Positions 11,881 to 24,635 of a stretch of DNA of 64,000 nt are shown in pieces. The notes beneath the pieces were generated by a model. That model saw only the letters and a program-made list of their open reading frames with translations, ran no database searches and was not told the origin of the DNA. The translations under genes were made by a program, and so were the position numbers. Positions within the stretch are counted from its first letter, which is position 1; each line of letters starts with the position of its first letter. Origin of the DNA: Asterionella formosa (Eukaryota). The stretch covers positions 1 through 64,000 of the forward strand of contig NKIB01010963.1 in NCBI GenBank assembly GCA_002256025.1, read 5' to 3'.

Positions 11881-12603
11881 TATTGTAGTCTGGATCAACA
11901 GCCATTTTGCTTTCCAAATCGTTTTATTTTGGGTTAAAGTACTGAAAGACTATTTAGTTTTAAGCAAATGATGGACTCAACTTTAAGCAAGACAATTTGA
12001 AGCAATATTTTGCTTAAAGTTTGTAGACAAGCGTGCACAGTCCATGTACATGGCTGTATGTGTCGCTACAGAAGGAAAGAGATTTACCTGCATTGGTCTA
12101 CCTGTATGTCAACAATGTGTTGGTAATAACAGTGGATCGCAATGTGTAGCATTCTTATTTCATAATGGTGTTCTGTACTCCTGTATGCACTCACATGTAT
12201 GATGCTGCATTAAGGGGCTGCCAAACATTAACTATAGGGTATCACTAATAGTTTTGACAGCATACTTCACGTTTGTCAGCTTTTACCAATATATAAATTG
12301 CCAATTCGTAATCAATCAATTATCAGTAGATAAATAACTTATTTAGCATCTGTTGCTCCAATTATTCATGTTATCGACGTAGATGTAGTATTATTTGTTG
12401 TGTAACTACTGCAAAAGTGTCAAAGCTTCTCGTAACATGTCATTTTAAAAATCGTGAATCGCTGATTTACATGAAAAAATGTGCTTCAATTTTCGTTGTC
12501 AATATCAGTGTAATCAGCATAATTGTTTTGATTGCATTGTCGATGATGTCGTGATTGTACGTAGAAAATATCAAAGCGTCGTTCTGATTTTTCGTTAAGT
12601 TAT

Positions 12604-12670
12604 TTGTTATCTTTGTCATGGTCAAGGCTGGGACAACATTATGCAAAATTCGCTCTCCAGCCGTTCAGAA
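12604..12670. repeat. Dispersed repeat; second copy at about 20172-20233
   Basis: GTTAT.TT.GTCATGGTCAAGG...ATGCA..ATTC...AGC.GTTCAGAA is shared by both sites in the same orientation. Confidence 0.6.
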
Positions 12671-13865
12671 TGACTAGTTCACCCCCCCCCCCTAAATAAA
12701 TACATTCTAGTGCCTATGTGGGCTACCTCCGGTACCCTGTACATGCATCCATCAAAAGGTGTATGATATATCGCATGTTTCATGGGCAATATATTCCTTA
12801 CTACTTCAGCTTGTTGTTTACCGGTATGCTGTATTATTAACTACAGTGTTATGTAGGTATTTGGCTGTGATGACATTTGGGTTGAAATGGTGACATCACA
12901 CATTAAGGGAAATCGATACTTCAAGCAAAGCGGTCAAACATTAAGCAAATCCTAGCTATCATGGTACCAACTGGCAGAATAAGTAAAAAGATAGGTCTCA
13001 AAATTGTTGTAGGCTAAATCAGATTAAAGTTACATTTAATTCCAAACAAACAGGTGGTGGGGTGGTTGATTAAATGAAAAGAAAAATCATAAGAGATTCA
13101 CATGAATCAATTTGGAATTGGAATCACTATTGCTGGCATGATGACGTGTGTAGCACTTAGATATGGATCACACTGTTCGTATAGCGAAATTACCGCAAAT
13201 TGCCGGTAAGCGGACTACTGGGTACCTGGTACCTGGTACCACCATCTTCACCATCATCACGCACATCCCGGACTTTCTACGACTAATCAGAGTTGATTTT
13301 TCAACCGAAAAGGGAGTACAAAATCAACTGTCAATGCAACCGGGTTGATTTTTTCTTGGTTATACAATACTGTATTTTCTCGTGATCAAGTACGGAAAAA
13401 AACCGTGAAGGTATTTTACCATGCACAGTAGAACGATACTTGAGGCCTACAGAAAAATACAAATTGGGTTGATTTTTACAAGTAATACCGGTATACTACA
13501 CTTCTTATAACACTGGTACCAGGTACAGACTGGGACATATATACCGGTGCGTGTCGCAGACACCTGTACCGGTAGGTAAGCTAACCAGGAGCGAAGTGCT
13601 AGAACAAACAGTTGAATGAAAAAGGAGAGATCAATGATCTCGAGAGTAAAATTAAGAAGTACCGGTAGTGATAACAAATCGAATAATAAATGTTAAAACT
13701 AAGGGCCAATCTTAACAGAGATACAAAAATCAAAAAAATGTTGCTCAGCCCAATTTTTCGTATCTCACTTATCCATGCGATGTGTTGTTGCTCTAAAATG
13801 TGCATCTGTGTGTATCGCTGCAGATGCAGCATTAAGCAACACTAATTTTATAAATTTAATGTATG

Positions 13866-14890
13866 TCATGTAATACCGAAACTGGAATGGCCACGTCCAT
13901 TATGACAACCAGCCATGTGACCTGCTTGACCACCTTGAGTATGAGGGTTCTGAAAACAATTGCCCCAAGTGTGTGTACCTTCAGGATGTACCGGGCAAGG
14001 GCCACAATAATCATGGTACGTACGACTGGCTTGTAGAGCTTGATGACGAACAGTCGCCTGACGATCCCATGCTTGACCGGCTGCATTGACAATAGCATGC
14101 GCTCTTTCACAACCACTTGGAGTAAAGTCATTGTTGTAAAATTGACGGCTGACATGCTCGTTTTCTTGACGCATCACACAATTGCCTTCAGCAATACGAA
14201 GACGATTTTGCGTGATTGTCTGAAAACTGTTCTTGGGAAGATGCTTGTTTTGTTCCTTAAACGATTGTTGACTCTCGAAGTAAGCGAGAACCGAGTGAAT
14301 CGATTGGTCTGAAGTTTTAGCATGATTCAATTCAAACTCTTGTTGCCACTCATTGGGCAAAGATCGGATGATGATGATCCGCATATCCTCTTTTGACAAT
14401 CCGTTTTGATCTTCTGGATGAGGCATTAGTTGAAGTAGCCTGTTCAAAGTCTTAATACGAGCTCCGAAATCCATTACCAACATAGAAAAGGGTTAGACAA
14501 GTAGCATAGCATCCATTGTCATTGACGTTGAAAACTCTCGTTTGGTAAATGATCGTCTAACCATAAAGTCATTACTTCATCGAAACTATCAAAGGATTGA
14601 TCTTCTGGGTGTACTTTCACATTCAACCAATCTGATAGTGCAATGTCAGTCAAACACCTTTTAAAGTAGGAAAAGGTATCTGCAGGGCTAAAGGCACATG
14701 TGCTAGCCATGCCACGAAATTGATTCACTCCGATCAACAATGCTTCCACAGAGCTTCCATCGATTATATCTTGATCAAACGATTCAAACCTTCCACCGGT
14801 TAAAGCAACACTGAATGTTTTACTCTTGATAGTCAATACATTGTAATCTTCGATCAAAGGAATGACAGTAACCCTTGAATACATTGCCAT
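13866..14890 (-). pseudogene. Ty3/gypsy-type gag, copy B, with a CHHC zinc knuckle; one nonsense codon and one frameshift; no pol
   Basis: Repaired reading QRQ*QWMLCYLS(K)PFSMLVMDFGARIKTLNRLLQLMP...RSLPNEWQQEF...CPVHPEGTHTWGNCFQNP matches the diatom gypsy gag pattern; TGA at 14519-14521; 1-nt frameshift near 14495. Confidence 0.75.
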
Positions 14891-14906
14891 GTTTGTTTTC
14901 TTCTAC

Positions 14907-15096
14907 TTGGACTCTTTTTGAATTAAAGTGAAGTATCTAACTAGAAGTAGAAGTATTTGTTGAATATATGAGCTAATTAATCATATGTTCAACTTGTTTC
15001 CCAAGTTGACATCAAAGTATACAATTGGTCGAGTTCTGATATATTTGATATAACCGTAACCCTATATATATCTGTATCAATGTGCAGGATCGCTCA
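14907..15096 (-). promoter_or_regulatory. Putative core promoter and 5' leader of gag copy B
   Basis: Collinear with 6463-6681; TATATAGGGTTA and ATCAGAACTC conserved. Confidence 0.55.
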
Positions 15097-15749
15097 GCAT
15101 CTTCGCAGATATTGACCACCATCAGTCAGTCAGCCAAGGGACCGGGAAGAAGCGCCACAATAGCAAATCTGATCACATGTATGGGCTCCTTATCAGCAGT
15201 CTGTCTACCCGCGTTGTTACGTCGGCTAGTATTGTTGACAACTAGCTACACAATTCATAGGGTTCATACCGGATAGTAGTCTACTGGTATGTGGTCCTTT
15301 TACCTGATACTATTATTGTAACATATTGATGAAGGTCCAAGCAGACCTAGGAAATAGTTAATTATGTCCATTTCTAATAGCTCGCTATAGATGAGCTGGG
15401 CAGTCTGTGTATACCATCAGCGCATGTAGGTACAGTGAAAACTGAATATCAATCACTTGAACAGTTTCATCAACCATGATGACATTTCAAGGCGGATCGG
15501 ATTGCGAATATGTAGTGTCTCGTACACGTCAATCAAAATGTTCGCTGCATCACGATACATGAGCAGGCCACTGCTACTACCAGTGATAATCAGGCTCGCC
15601 CTCGAGCGGCGTCGAGCGATGGGCGGATCATAATGTTGGTAGCAGTGTACAGGGTAAACTTTCTTTCTCACTGTGTGCTCGGTTTAGCAGTCATTATGAA
15701 CAAAGTTCAAGTGAGATTCCAGCTGTAGGCGCTCTTAGCTATATCTGAG

Positions 15750-17267
15750 CTATACGCGAGATAGTTTCGACAAAATATCGTCAATGAATGCCATGGCATC
15801 TCTATTTGATGGAGTCCAGATGGACCCGTGTTTTGTCTTGGGAACAATGTGATGCTTCAATTCAAGTTTTGCACCCTCGCTTGATGATTGTACAAACAAA
15901 AGCCCAGGGGAAACGTGGTTTATGTTGACATCGTGCAAATGCTCTAACCAAACATTATACTCTCGTTCTGAGTCAGCTCGCCGGGCAGCATATTCGGCGT
16001 CATTTACTGGAACCTCATTAGTCAGCAAGACGCCAGTCGCAGCAGTGGTGATACCCCACCAGTCCATAAGACGTTCCAACAGAGTGGGGTCCTGCGGATT
16101 CATGAATTCTGATACAATAGAAAGAACACCATGTTCTTTGGCCAGTTTCCTCCCTGCCAATTCCAAAACGCGACGCAAGATGACTTCTCCGTCGGCACCA
16201 CCGGAGGAGAAAAGTCCATATCGTTGCAAAATTTCTTTGGCAGGTGGGACAGGAATGAAGGGTGGATTGGCCAGGATCAAGTCATAGGAATCATGAACTA
16301 AATCATCATCAATGCCTACCATCAGGTCTCCTTGAATAGTCAAAACGCCGAATCCATTCAAGGCAGCGTTGAAGCGAGTGAATTGCAACGCTCGGGGATT
16401 GATATCAACGCAAGTGGCTGTAATGCCAGCGGACGACCTTGCGAGAGCAGCCAATGCTTGAACGCCGCTTCCGGTACATAAATCCAATATTTTAGTCTCA
16501 TTGTCACCCTTGAACTTGGGCATGTGTCGAACCAAGCTCAAGGAATCAGGTCCAATATACATGACAGCGCCGTTGTTTTGGTTGCCTACAGTGGTAGTCG
16601 ATAACACCCGAGGATGCAAGTCCGTCGCCAAAATCAGGGTGAGGTTATTGCGGTTGTTGCTATTTGCAAAGTCAATTGGAAACAAATGAACATGCGGAAC
16701 TACCATTTTGTTGCCATTTTCGTAAATAAATGCCAATCCTAAGTCTTGCAACAGTTCCATAGCATCGTCTCCTCCAATAAATCGTTTGACAGTGTCCACG
16801 TCAACACAAATACCCAACAGAAAGAGTGTCACAAGACAATCCAATTTTGATTCAATCTCTGGCGGTCGCCCACAAGATCCTGCAGCGACTGGAGTTAGAT
16901 AGACGGGTCCCTGGCAACAAATTTCTGGAGGAATCCTCATCATTTGCTTAATGTTGCCATGTGTGTAATCTCGCAGAATGGTCTCACGTAAGGTCTGAAT
17001 CTTTTCCAAGCGATCACAACGGCAAGCGAGATCTTGTCTACTTGGTGTCAAGGGCGACGCTCCCAAGTGCGAGGCGGCAGAATAATCAATGTGATCATTG
17101 AGAATCCTCTGGTAGAGTGGGAGAGCAGCCTCATGGCCTTGCAAGGTCCGGACTTGTCTAGCGTTTGAGTAAAGTGCGTCTCTGGCTGATGTTTCCGTGG
17201 AGACTTGAAGTGACAAATGGAGCAGTTGAAAAATCAGCAAGAGTGGAAATATGCATTTAAGAATCAT
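15750..17267 (-). CDS. Class I SAM-dependent N-methyltransferase (HemK/MTS-like) with an N-terminal signal peptide
   Basis: 505-aa ORF; ILDLCTGSGVQAL motif I, VDINPRAL, ILANPPF; hydrophobic N-terminus. Confidence 0.9.
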   Translation of the reverse strand: MILKCIFPLLLIFQLLHLSLQVSTETSARDALYSNARQVRTLQGHEAALPLYQRILNDHIDYSAASHLGASPLTPSRQDLACRCDRLEKIQTLRETILRDYTHGNIKQMMRIPPEICCQGPVYLTPVAAGSCGRPPEIESKLDCLVTLFLLGICVDVDTVKRFIGGDDAMELLQDLGLAFIYENGNKMVVPHVHLFPIDFANSNNRNNLTLILATDLHPRVLSTTTVGNQNNGAVMYIGPDSLSLVRHMPKFKGDNETKILDLCTGSGVQALAALARSSAGITATCVDINPRALQFTRFNAALNGFGVLTIQGDLMVGIDDDLVHDSYDLILANPPFIPVPPAKEILQRYGLFSSGGADGEVILRRVLELAGRKLAKEHGVLSIVSEFMNPQDPTLLERLMDWWGITTAATGVLLTNEVPVNDAEYAARRADSEREYNVWLEHLHDVNINHVSPGLLFVQSSSEGAKLELKHHIVPKTKHGSIWTPSNRDAMAFIDDILSKLSRV

Positions 17268-18193
17268 CCTTTTATGATTCGTAGACTACCGGTACCGGTA
17301 ATACCAGGTCCATATGTTCCGCCTCAGCCGATGATGAGCTGCCGCTAGACTCCACACATCAAGGTCACTAATGGCAGAGTTCACCTCCTTATTTTGTTGC
17401 TCTCTGCAGGAGAGGTTACAGCATCCCGGAGGAGCCGCCATCACATGCATCAGCCAAGTACTGCTAGACGATACTGAACCGATACCGGCACAAACAGGGA
17501 CGATCGAAGGAGGGGAAATGATGGTCTACACTACGACAGAAACTTCTCGATTTCCCTTCCAAGGATGTACCGGTAGTCATAGAAGCTCTGGGAGTGGTGG
17601 CACGGATGCCGTACCCGGTACCTGGTCCCATTACCGGCATGTACAGAGGTATCTAGTACCAACAAGGTGCGGTATTTTGCTTCAACTAAAACTTTAGCTA
17701 TCTTTATCCCAGGTCAAAATGTTTATCCAAGCAAAATGACCGCAACTTGCAGGCACCTGGTACCTGGTACCCTGGTACCAGGTACCATCTATATACCGGT
17801 AGTCGTTGCTGTACAAGTGGCATCGCTTTCCCGGTCCTGCTACAGCCACCATAGGAAAAGGTGCCTGGGGCAGTAGATCTAGCCTGGTGACAATCAAAAA
17901 CTGCTCCAGACCACTATATTACCGCGTTTTTGGACTAAAATTAGAATAATGTTCAGCCAACTTCAATTAAACCCTTTGAATGGAGGTCGACTAATGCATG
18001 CAAGAAGTACTAGATAAATGAATCATTTTAACAATTGGAAGGATATATCTTACGATATCGAACTTTTTAAGTTGTTATTTTTGCATTTTAGTGGTCTTGA
18101 GCCATTCATATATTTTTCATCATGTATACAATGTATTATTTTATGGTAAATGGTTAGAAAATATAACCTCGCTTCCATATCTTCTTCAATATC

Positions 18194-18720
18194 TTGTGTC
18201 AACTGATGTCGATTTATTGTGCAAACACATATTTTTCTTCCATCACCACAACTTCATCCTCCTCGTCATTGTCTTCAGCTGAGGCTGATGGTGGCAGTGT
18301 GGCTCCGGCAACTGGGACTGGTGCATTGCCACATCTCATTTTATCAACATACCCGGTAAGCAGTAGTTGTTTTGTTGCAGGTATTGCATGGTGCATCGCC
18401 AATTTGTTTACACCACAATGCACACCATTGTCTTTGTTTGCCCCACCGTCCATTTGTGTGGCTCTTGTTATTGTTAAGCGCTCTGATCGCTTGCACCTTG
18501 TCAAAAGTTGCTGTATAATCCATAACTTTTTTATTCGATTTATCACACTCCTTTTCCTCTGCTCTTCTTTTCCTCCTAGTCATATCCTCCAGTGCTTCTG
18601 TTCCCAGTTGAAAGCGTCCAGCGGCCACATCAAGTCCTGCTATATACCTTTTATTTTGCGCGATTGCCAATCAGCGCTGACTGGCAAGCCATCTGATCAA
18701 GATTGATGCCGACAATTTTC
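18194..18720 (-). mobile_element. C-terminal relic of a pogo/Fot1-like transposase, cut by the assembly gap
   Basis: KRYIAGLDVAAGRFQLGTEALE..KVQAIR..WCKQIGD..TKQLLL aligns with KRITAGLLAYAKTFALGPNILA..KVLTLK..WYKQSGD..TRQALI downstream of the DDE core at 35-36 kb. Confidence 0.6.
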
Positions 18721-18777
18721 TTGTGGTGCTGGAGGAATTTTCATGGTATCAATGGCAGCACTATTTTCGTTTGTATG

Positions 18778-18778
<1 letters not shown>

Positions 18779-18829
<51 letters not shown>

Positions 18830-18848
18830 NNNNNNNNNNCCCCCCCCC
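18779..18848. other. Poly-G, 10 N and poly-C: scaffold gap, probably a sequencing artefact
   Basis: G run 18779-18829, N 18830-18839, C run 18840-18848. Confidence 0.9.
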
Positions 18849-19789
18849 TCTTCTCACAGGTAAGTTGTGTCTGTTGAGTCTCATGCTGTTCCGGTCTATC
18901 GGCTAGATTATTGGTGAACAAGCTTCACTAAATCCTTCTCTAGAGTCTTACAAGTAACTCTGTACTTTGATCGAGGTTTGGTACTTCTTCGGTTCATTAT
19001 AATAAGTATTAAGATCCGAAAATATGAAAATATGGTAAATTGTAATGGTCTCCGGAGCATTTCAGGATGCATATATGTTGACAATACAAAATCACTAAAT
19101 TGCTATGATGCGAACTAGTGTGCATGTTTAAATTGGGATGTCGCACATAATCGAAGCGTAATAATAATCCAAAATAAGAAAAGCGTGAAAGGAAGCTGTA
19201 TTAGCTAATTTGGAGTACTATAAACATTAACTAATATTGTATATGAAGATAAAACGTTGGCTCAGGTCAACGAGGTAATTTTATTTTCTTCCAATGTTCC
19301 TCACTCAACATTTTCATATTCGTTTATCTCGCCAACTGGAACACAACATCGATTGGGCATTAAGACACCATCCTATTTGTAGATGCATGAAATAAATGAC
19401 TTGTTCATAGTAAAAATTGTTATTTCGCTAAAATTGAAAAGTTTGAAGTATAAAATGTAAGATTACCCTATTATAGTGTTCTAAGCAGTTTATAGTGGTC
19501 TTAAGCAGTTTTTGACTGGTACCCTACTCCTGGAAAACCAGTAGTGCACGTTTCAGGCACACTTTTTCAGTTTTGACTCACTCTCAATGAGTCGTCCCAT
19601 CCATTCCAAACTCTCTTAAGTAACTTTCTTCAATGTTAAATTATCATTCATTAAATCCAAGTTGTGTTCTGATCATCGAAATCGTGTTCAACTACTGTTC
19701 TGCTTCATATGATATTACTCAGGAACTGGAAGACGGTTTGGTTATAGAGCGAGTTCAAAAATCGCTCAGTAACTTCTATTCGTAGTAAT

Positions 19790-19880
19790 CAAATTCTAGT
19801 CATAGTCGGCAAGTTCTAGTCATACCAGTCAGCAAATTCTAGTCTTTTTCAGCAAATTTCTAGTCATATTTAGTCAACAA
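19790..19880. repeat. Degenerate 21-bp-period repeat (CAA[A/G]TTCTAGTC core)
   Basis: Four units here; the same unit is arrayed at 20468-20557 and inverted at about 30020-30125. Confidence 0.8.
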
Positions 19881-20329
19881 CTGGATCAGTACTAGTTAAT
19901 TGGAAAATGCCAATTGACAAATAATATAAATTGTTGAATAGAGAATCAAAAAAATTTGGTTTACCCTACATATTACCGTAGTGTAGCGTGCTGTATTTTT
20001 TGAAAGTGTCAATTCTGTTTGTAACTTCGTCGTTTTGAATTGTGCATCATCTAAAATTCCATTGTCAATATTTATTTTATTACAATTATTTTTTTAAGAT
20101 TGTATTATCTATATCGTGTTAGACAAATTTGCAAAACAGCATAGCATCATTTTCTTTTTCCATGGAGAAATTCGTTATTTTCGTCATGGTCAAGGTGGAG
20201 ATGCATGATGCAGGATTCTCTAGCTGTTCAGAACAACTACACTGTAGCGTTTCATACATAGAAACAAATCGCAACATCTAAGCTAAATAAATATGTACTA
20301 TCGTCGACAAGGGCTAGTACCTGCCTCGG

Positions 20330-21860
20330 GTAGCCTGAGCATATTTCCCATGTAGCCATAGTATATGCAAGTGATATGTATGAATTTTTGAAAATATGCC
20401 ACCTGGTACAAGGTATTTTACTTCATTTGTAAAAGGTTCATTCAGAAAATCTATTCGTATTTTCCCTCAAGTTCTATTTGTAGTCAGCAAATTCTAGTCA
20501 TGGTTGGCAAGTTCTAGTTGTATTCAGCAAATTCTATTTGCAGTCAGCAAGTTCTAAATTTAGAATGATTCCTATCTGTATTCCAAAGCAAGAAGGCGGT
20601 TTGATGAACCAGTTGATCAGACAGCAAATACGAGTTGTGTTCAGAGTTTGATTCTGCAAATCGTCATCGGTCAATAAGAGAAACATATCCTAGATTACTT
20701 AAGGTTCCTGCATTTTAACCCTAGTTTAGAGGTAGAGTACTCAAACACACACTTTGTAGGAGTAAAACATAAATGTGTATCGCTAAACGGAGCTTTCACC
20801 AATATACATCCTTTCCATATGCTTAGATACAGTATTGACCAAAGTAGGGGTATAGGTCAACGCTATATATCGTCAGGATATAGGATCTGGCGAGAAAGTG
20901 CAGAAAGAAACTTCGGTTTTAAAACTATGCTACTATAAAGACTCGAAATTTCGGGGGAAATCACTTTATTTGGCAAAGTAAAAAGACCGAAGTTCCTTTC
21001 AGTTTCTTGCCAGAAGTTATATACTGATGCTATTTGAAGGTTACTTATGTATCTAAATCGCCTTCAGACCTAGCGAACGTTGAGCTATCGTTGTCCCAAA
21101 ATTCGACAAAATCGGCCTTTTCTACAGTCTTCAAAATATCGAAATCAGAACCACTTAGCGCCGAAATGTCATCATCTGAATCAGAGTCTTGTGATGCAAC
21201 ATTTGGTAGTAAAATTTCCTGTACCAAAAATCCATTGTAAGTGCACACAGTATTATATATATATATATGTACTGATTGGCTATTGCGAAATACGTACCTC
21301 CATTTGATTGTGCAAGGAATTGCAAACCCACTCTGGTGGCCACATTGGATACACATGTAACATTTTCTTGGGTGTCCAGGTAGGCCAGTACTATGTCTAC
21401 TAGTACGGGTACCAGTACGAGATGATCATCATTGGACATTATACGTGTACCACTCATTGAGTGCACTTTCAAATATTTGCTGAGCCACCGGGTCGTAAAT
21501 AAGAAACAAAACTGTTGGTATATATGCATGTTGCAATGTATAATGTCTATATATATATTTAGCAAATTCGAAAAGGAATCTATGTACATACATGCAAATT
21601 TCCACTGATTCAAATATTTCAAATGGAATCATGTCATTCAAAAATAGCTCATATAAATTCTTAGTTCCAGGGAATTTCTGCAACCATAAGCTATATATTT
21701 TAGTTTTTGCCTAAGGGTTGAAATGCAGGAACCTTAAGGAATATTATTTTCATCAAAAGCTGTCCTATCTCATCCAGCAGGCATGGGACAAAGCATTGGG
21801 AGTGAATTGTACTAACTGAAAAAGGTATGCATAAAATGGGCTCTACTGGACCTTCCTGGA
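20330..21860. repeat. Dispersed repeat of about 500 bp, copy 1, interrupted by the TIR element at 20703-21733
   Basis: 20330-20700 plus 21734-21860 is the reverse complement of about 29750-30402. Confidence 0.85.
20703..21733. mobile_element. Non-autonomous TIR DNA transposon (1031 bp), copy 1
   Basis: Ends GGTTCCTGCATTTTAACCCT and AGGGTTGAAATGCAGGAACC, flanked by TTAA on both sides; empty site visible in the paralogous repeat near 29870. Confidence 0.9.
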
Positions 21861-21984
21861 ACCAAGTATTGGTAGTACCTGGTGCTAGGAGTTCCTTATA
21901 CAGTAGCTAGCTTGTGGAGCATGGTGCTTATATTCCTGGCTGTCATCGTATACGGAAAAGTATGATATACAACAAAAGAGATAA

Positions 21985-22425
21985 CCTGGTTTGCCAGGTA
22001 CCGTACCAGGTACCAGTAGTCAGTGCGTACGTACGTCAGTTTGTCATAAACTGATGGCTCAAGCATGCTGTATGCATGTTTCGTACTCCGAGTACTGGTA
22101 CCTGGTACCAGGTACTGCCAGGTTACCATGTACCGGTACTCCTGAGTTGCATCCTCGCTCTGCCTGTCCGTCCCTTGGTAGCAGTAGCAGTACTGCTGTA
22201 CCAGTTACGGTACCAAGGTACACGGAGTATCTGGTACTGGTACCAGGCACCTGGTAATAACGCTGGAAGTAAAAGCGGCGTAACCACAGAAGAACTACCT
22301 GGTACCTGGTACCAGCACGAGCACCTCCTCTGGCTACGTATGATTATATTAGGAACTCGGAGGACCAGGTACCTGGTACCCGGTACGTACCAGGACCAGG
22401 TACCTGGTACCTGGTACCAGTACCG
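21985..22425. repeat. Densest cluster of GGTACC(A/T) palindromic heptamer repeats
   Basis: For example CCAGGTACCTGGTACCCGGTAC and CCAGGTACCTGGTACCTGGTACCAGTACC at about 22365-22423. Confidence 0.9.
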
Positions 22426-23136
22426 AAAGAGTCATGATCAGCTGATGATCAGCCACAGTCAGCCACTCAAAGACAACAGCCAATAAAATCGCAGTTTCGC
22501 TCGTTCCTCGTGTCTCAATTACACATCATAATCTGATTTCTTCCTAGCATATTCTGGCGACCATTGTCAATTGCTTGCGCTTTCCTTCAAATTCGTTACA
22601 CACACTATGGAACATACAGACAACAGCGACGATATGATACATGCTCCATTGACGCCATGCTGCAAGAGTACCGGTAGATTGACAAGAGCGAAGGTTATTT
22701 TCTTTGCTGGTGAGTGTTCTGTGATTTAATGAATCGGCACGGGGGCTGTGGATTTCATTCTTTGCTGGCACAATCTCGTACTCGGCCTATCATCCCCCGG
22801 CACATCCGAGTCAAGGTGCAGCCAGATTCGGGGCCTGGTTCGTAATCTTGAAATCAGCGATTGCCGGTACTTGCCGCGTAGCCATCATCCATCACCAGGC
22901 GCTACATCGCAGCATGAGATCTATCTGCATGAGTGCTCATGACCTGTCAAAACATCCTGTGACTCTTGGCAGAGAACGGACGTTTGTGATGGCAAAGTAG
23001 CAAACCGGTACCTGGTACTGGTGTGTACGGTGGACTAAGGTGCCAGTACCAGGTCCCTGGTTCTGATGGTGACTGGCCACTCCTTCAGCTTCTGATTTGA
23101 TCAGTCGATCCAACGTTCTGATCTAACGTTCTCACC

Positions 23137-24635
23137 ATGCGGTCTTTTACTTTCTCTTTAGCTGCGCTGCCAGTGAGTCATGCTTTTCAACCCCTGTTCT
23201 CTGCTCGACGAAGCGTATTTTCCGCTCCTCGATTCGTCACCAGCAACGCCTTTATTTCCGAGGATGAGATGTATTCGGATTTTCCCACGGACGAAGAACG
23301 CTACGATGCTACCATGAACTTCAACGAGGTTAACGACGAAGACAGCAACAGCATTCAACTTCCCACCATGGACTTCGACAATTTCGCACCCGCTCTCAAG
23401 GTGTCACCTGAAGACTTAGTGGAAGCAGATCAAGCTGCAATGGCGGCGAAGCACGCGTTCTCCTCAAAGGAGTTGCTCCTGCGGGAAACCAAGGGACGAA
23501 AGGTACGGGCGTCCGTCAGAGAGACTGGCTACGATTCCATGAGAACGTACATCAAGACAATGTGCAACCATGAGCTTTTGAACAAGAATGAAGAAATTGT
23601 CTTGGCAAGAGAGATTCAAATATTAATCAAGTGGGAAGAATCAAGAGAAGAGTTGGAGGAACTACTCATGCGGTACGTTGCTTGCGGATGAAGCAAGGGT
23701 CTTTCTATGTTTGTCTACTCATGAAAAGATCGTTACTCACACTCTCTGACGCTGACGCAACCACTAGACCACCCACTTACCAAGAATGGGCTGCTGCTGT
23801 TAGAGAAGATATGGCCGTCCCTGAACTCAAAAAACAAATCAGGCGCTCTCTTCGCGCAAAGGCCGCACTAACGGAATCGAACATTCGTCTTGTCATTTCC
23901 ATTGCCAAGCGCTATCAGAATCGCGGGTTATCTTTCCAAGACTTGTCACAAGAAGGAATCCTCGGTCTCACGAGAGCATGTGAAAAGTTTGATCCTGAAC
24001 GAGGATTCCGATTTTCCACCTATGCCACCTGGTGGATCAAACAAAGTATCATGAGAGCGATTGCTGATCAGGGACGTACCATTCGCTTGCCAGTACATAT
24101 CCATGATCAATTGAATGGACTCCGCAGGGCCGAACGGGAATTGAATGCGGAGTTGGGGCGGGAACCAACAACAGAGGAACTAAGTACTCGTATCAATGTG
24201 TCGACCGAAAAGATTGTTTTTCTCCATCGCGTCTCGCAAAATTCCGTTTCAATGGAACAAGAAATTAAATCTAGTAAGACCAAGGGCTCGGGAGCTGGCT
24301 CTGGAGGATTGAACGGGGTGGCAAGTGCCTCGGGAGCATTAACATTAGGCGACATGCTAGGTGATCCAGACCAAAAGCCAGTGGACTTGGCCTCCTATCA
24401 AATGTTGAAGGATGACTTGTCCCGCCTGATTTGTACACTCAACAGTCGAGAGCAAGCTGTTATTCGCATGCGCTTTGGTCTCGATGATGGCAAGTGCAAG
24501 ACTCTGGAAGATATCGGTAATCGATTCAGTGTCACCCGGGAACGCATACGGCAGATTGAAGCAAGAGCCCTTCATAAGCTTCGTCAACCTTACCGAAACC
24601 ATTCCGTCAAGTGCTATGTCAATGAGTATTCGTAA
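23137..24635 (+). CDS. rpoD: Nucleus-encoded plastid RNA polymerase sigma-70 factor; exons 23137-23672 and 23768-24635 (467 aa)
   Basis: Region 2 [43 protein letters not shown]; region 4 [38 protein letters not shown] intron joins the two ORFs in frame; signal peptide ending SHA-F (ASAFAP type). Confidence 0.95.

Noticed and set aside
18697..18921. Poly-Pro and poly-Gly ORFs and a possible G-quadruplex
   Set aside because: The G run abuts an N gap and is typical of a sequencing or scaffolding artefact
19790..20560. Regularly spaced CAAATTCTAGTC motifs resembling a CRISPR array
   Set aside because: The 21-bp period leaves no real spacers, there are no cas genes, and the context is a eukaryotic dispersed repeat
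21896..22486. Several ORFs rich in VPGT, WYQ and YLV
   Set aside because: They are translations of the stop-poor GGTACCW array; the same peptides appear wherever the motif occurs
23137..24635. Sigma-70 as evidence of bacterial contamination or recent transfer
   Set aside because: It has a spliceosomal intron and a bipartite plastid presequence, as expected for an algal nuclear gene
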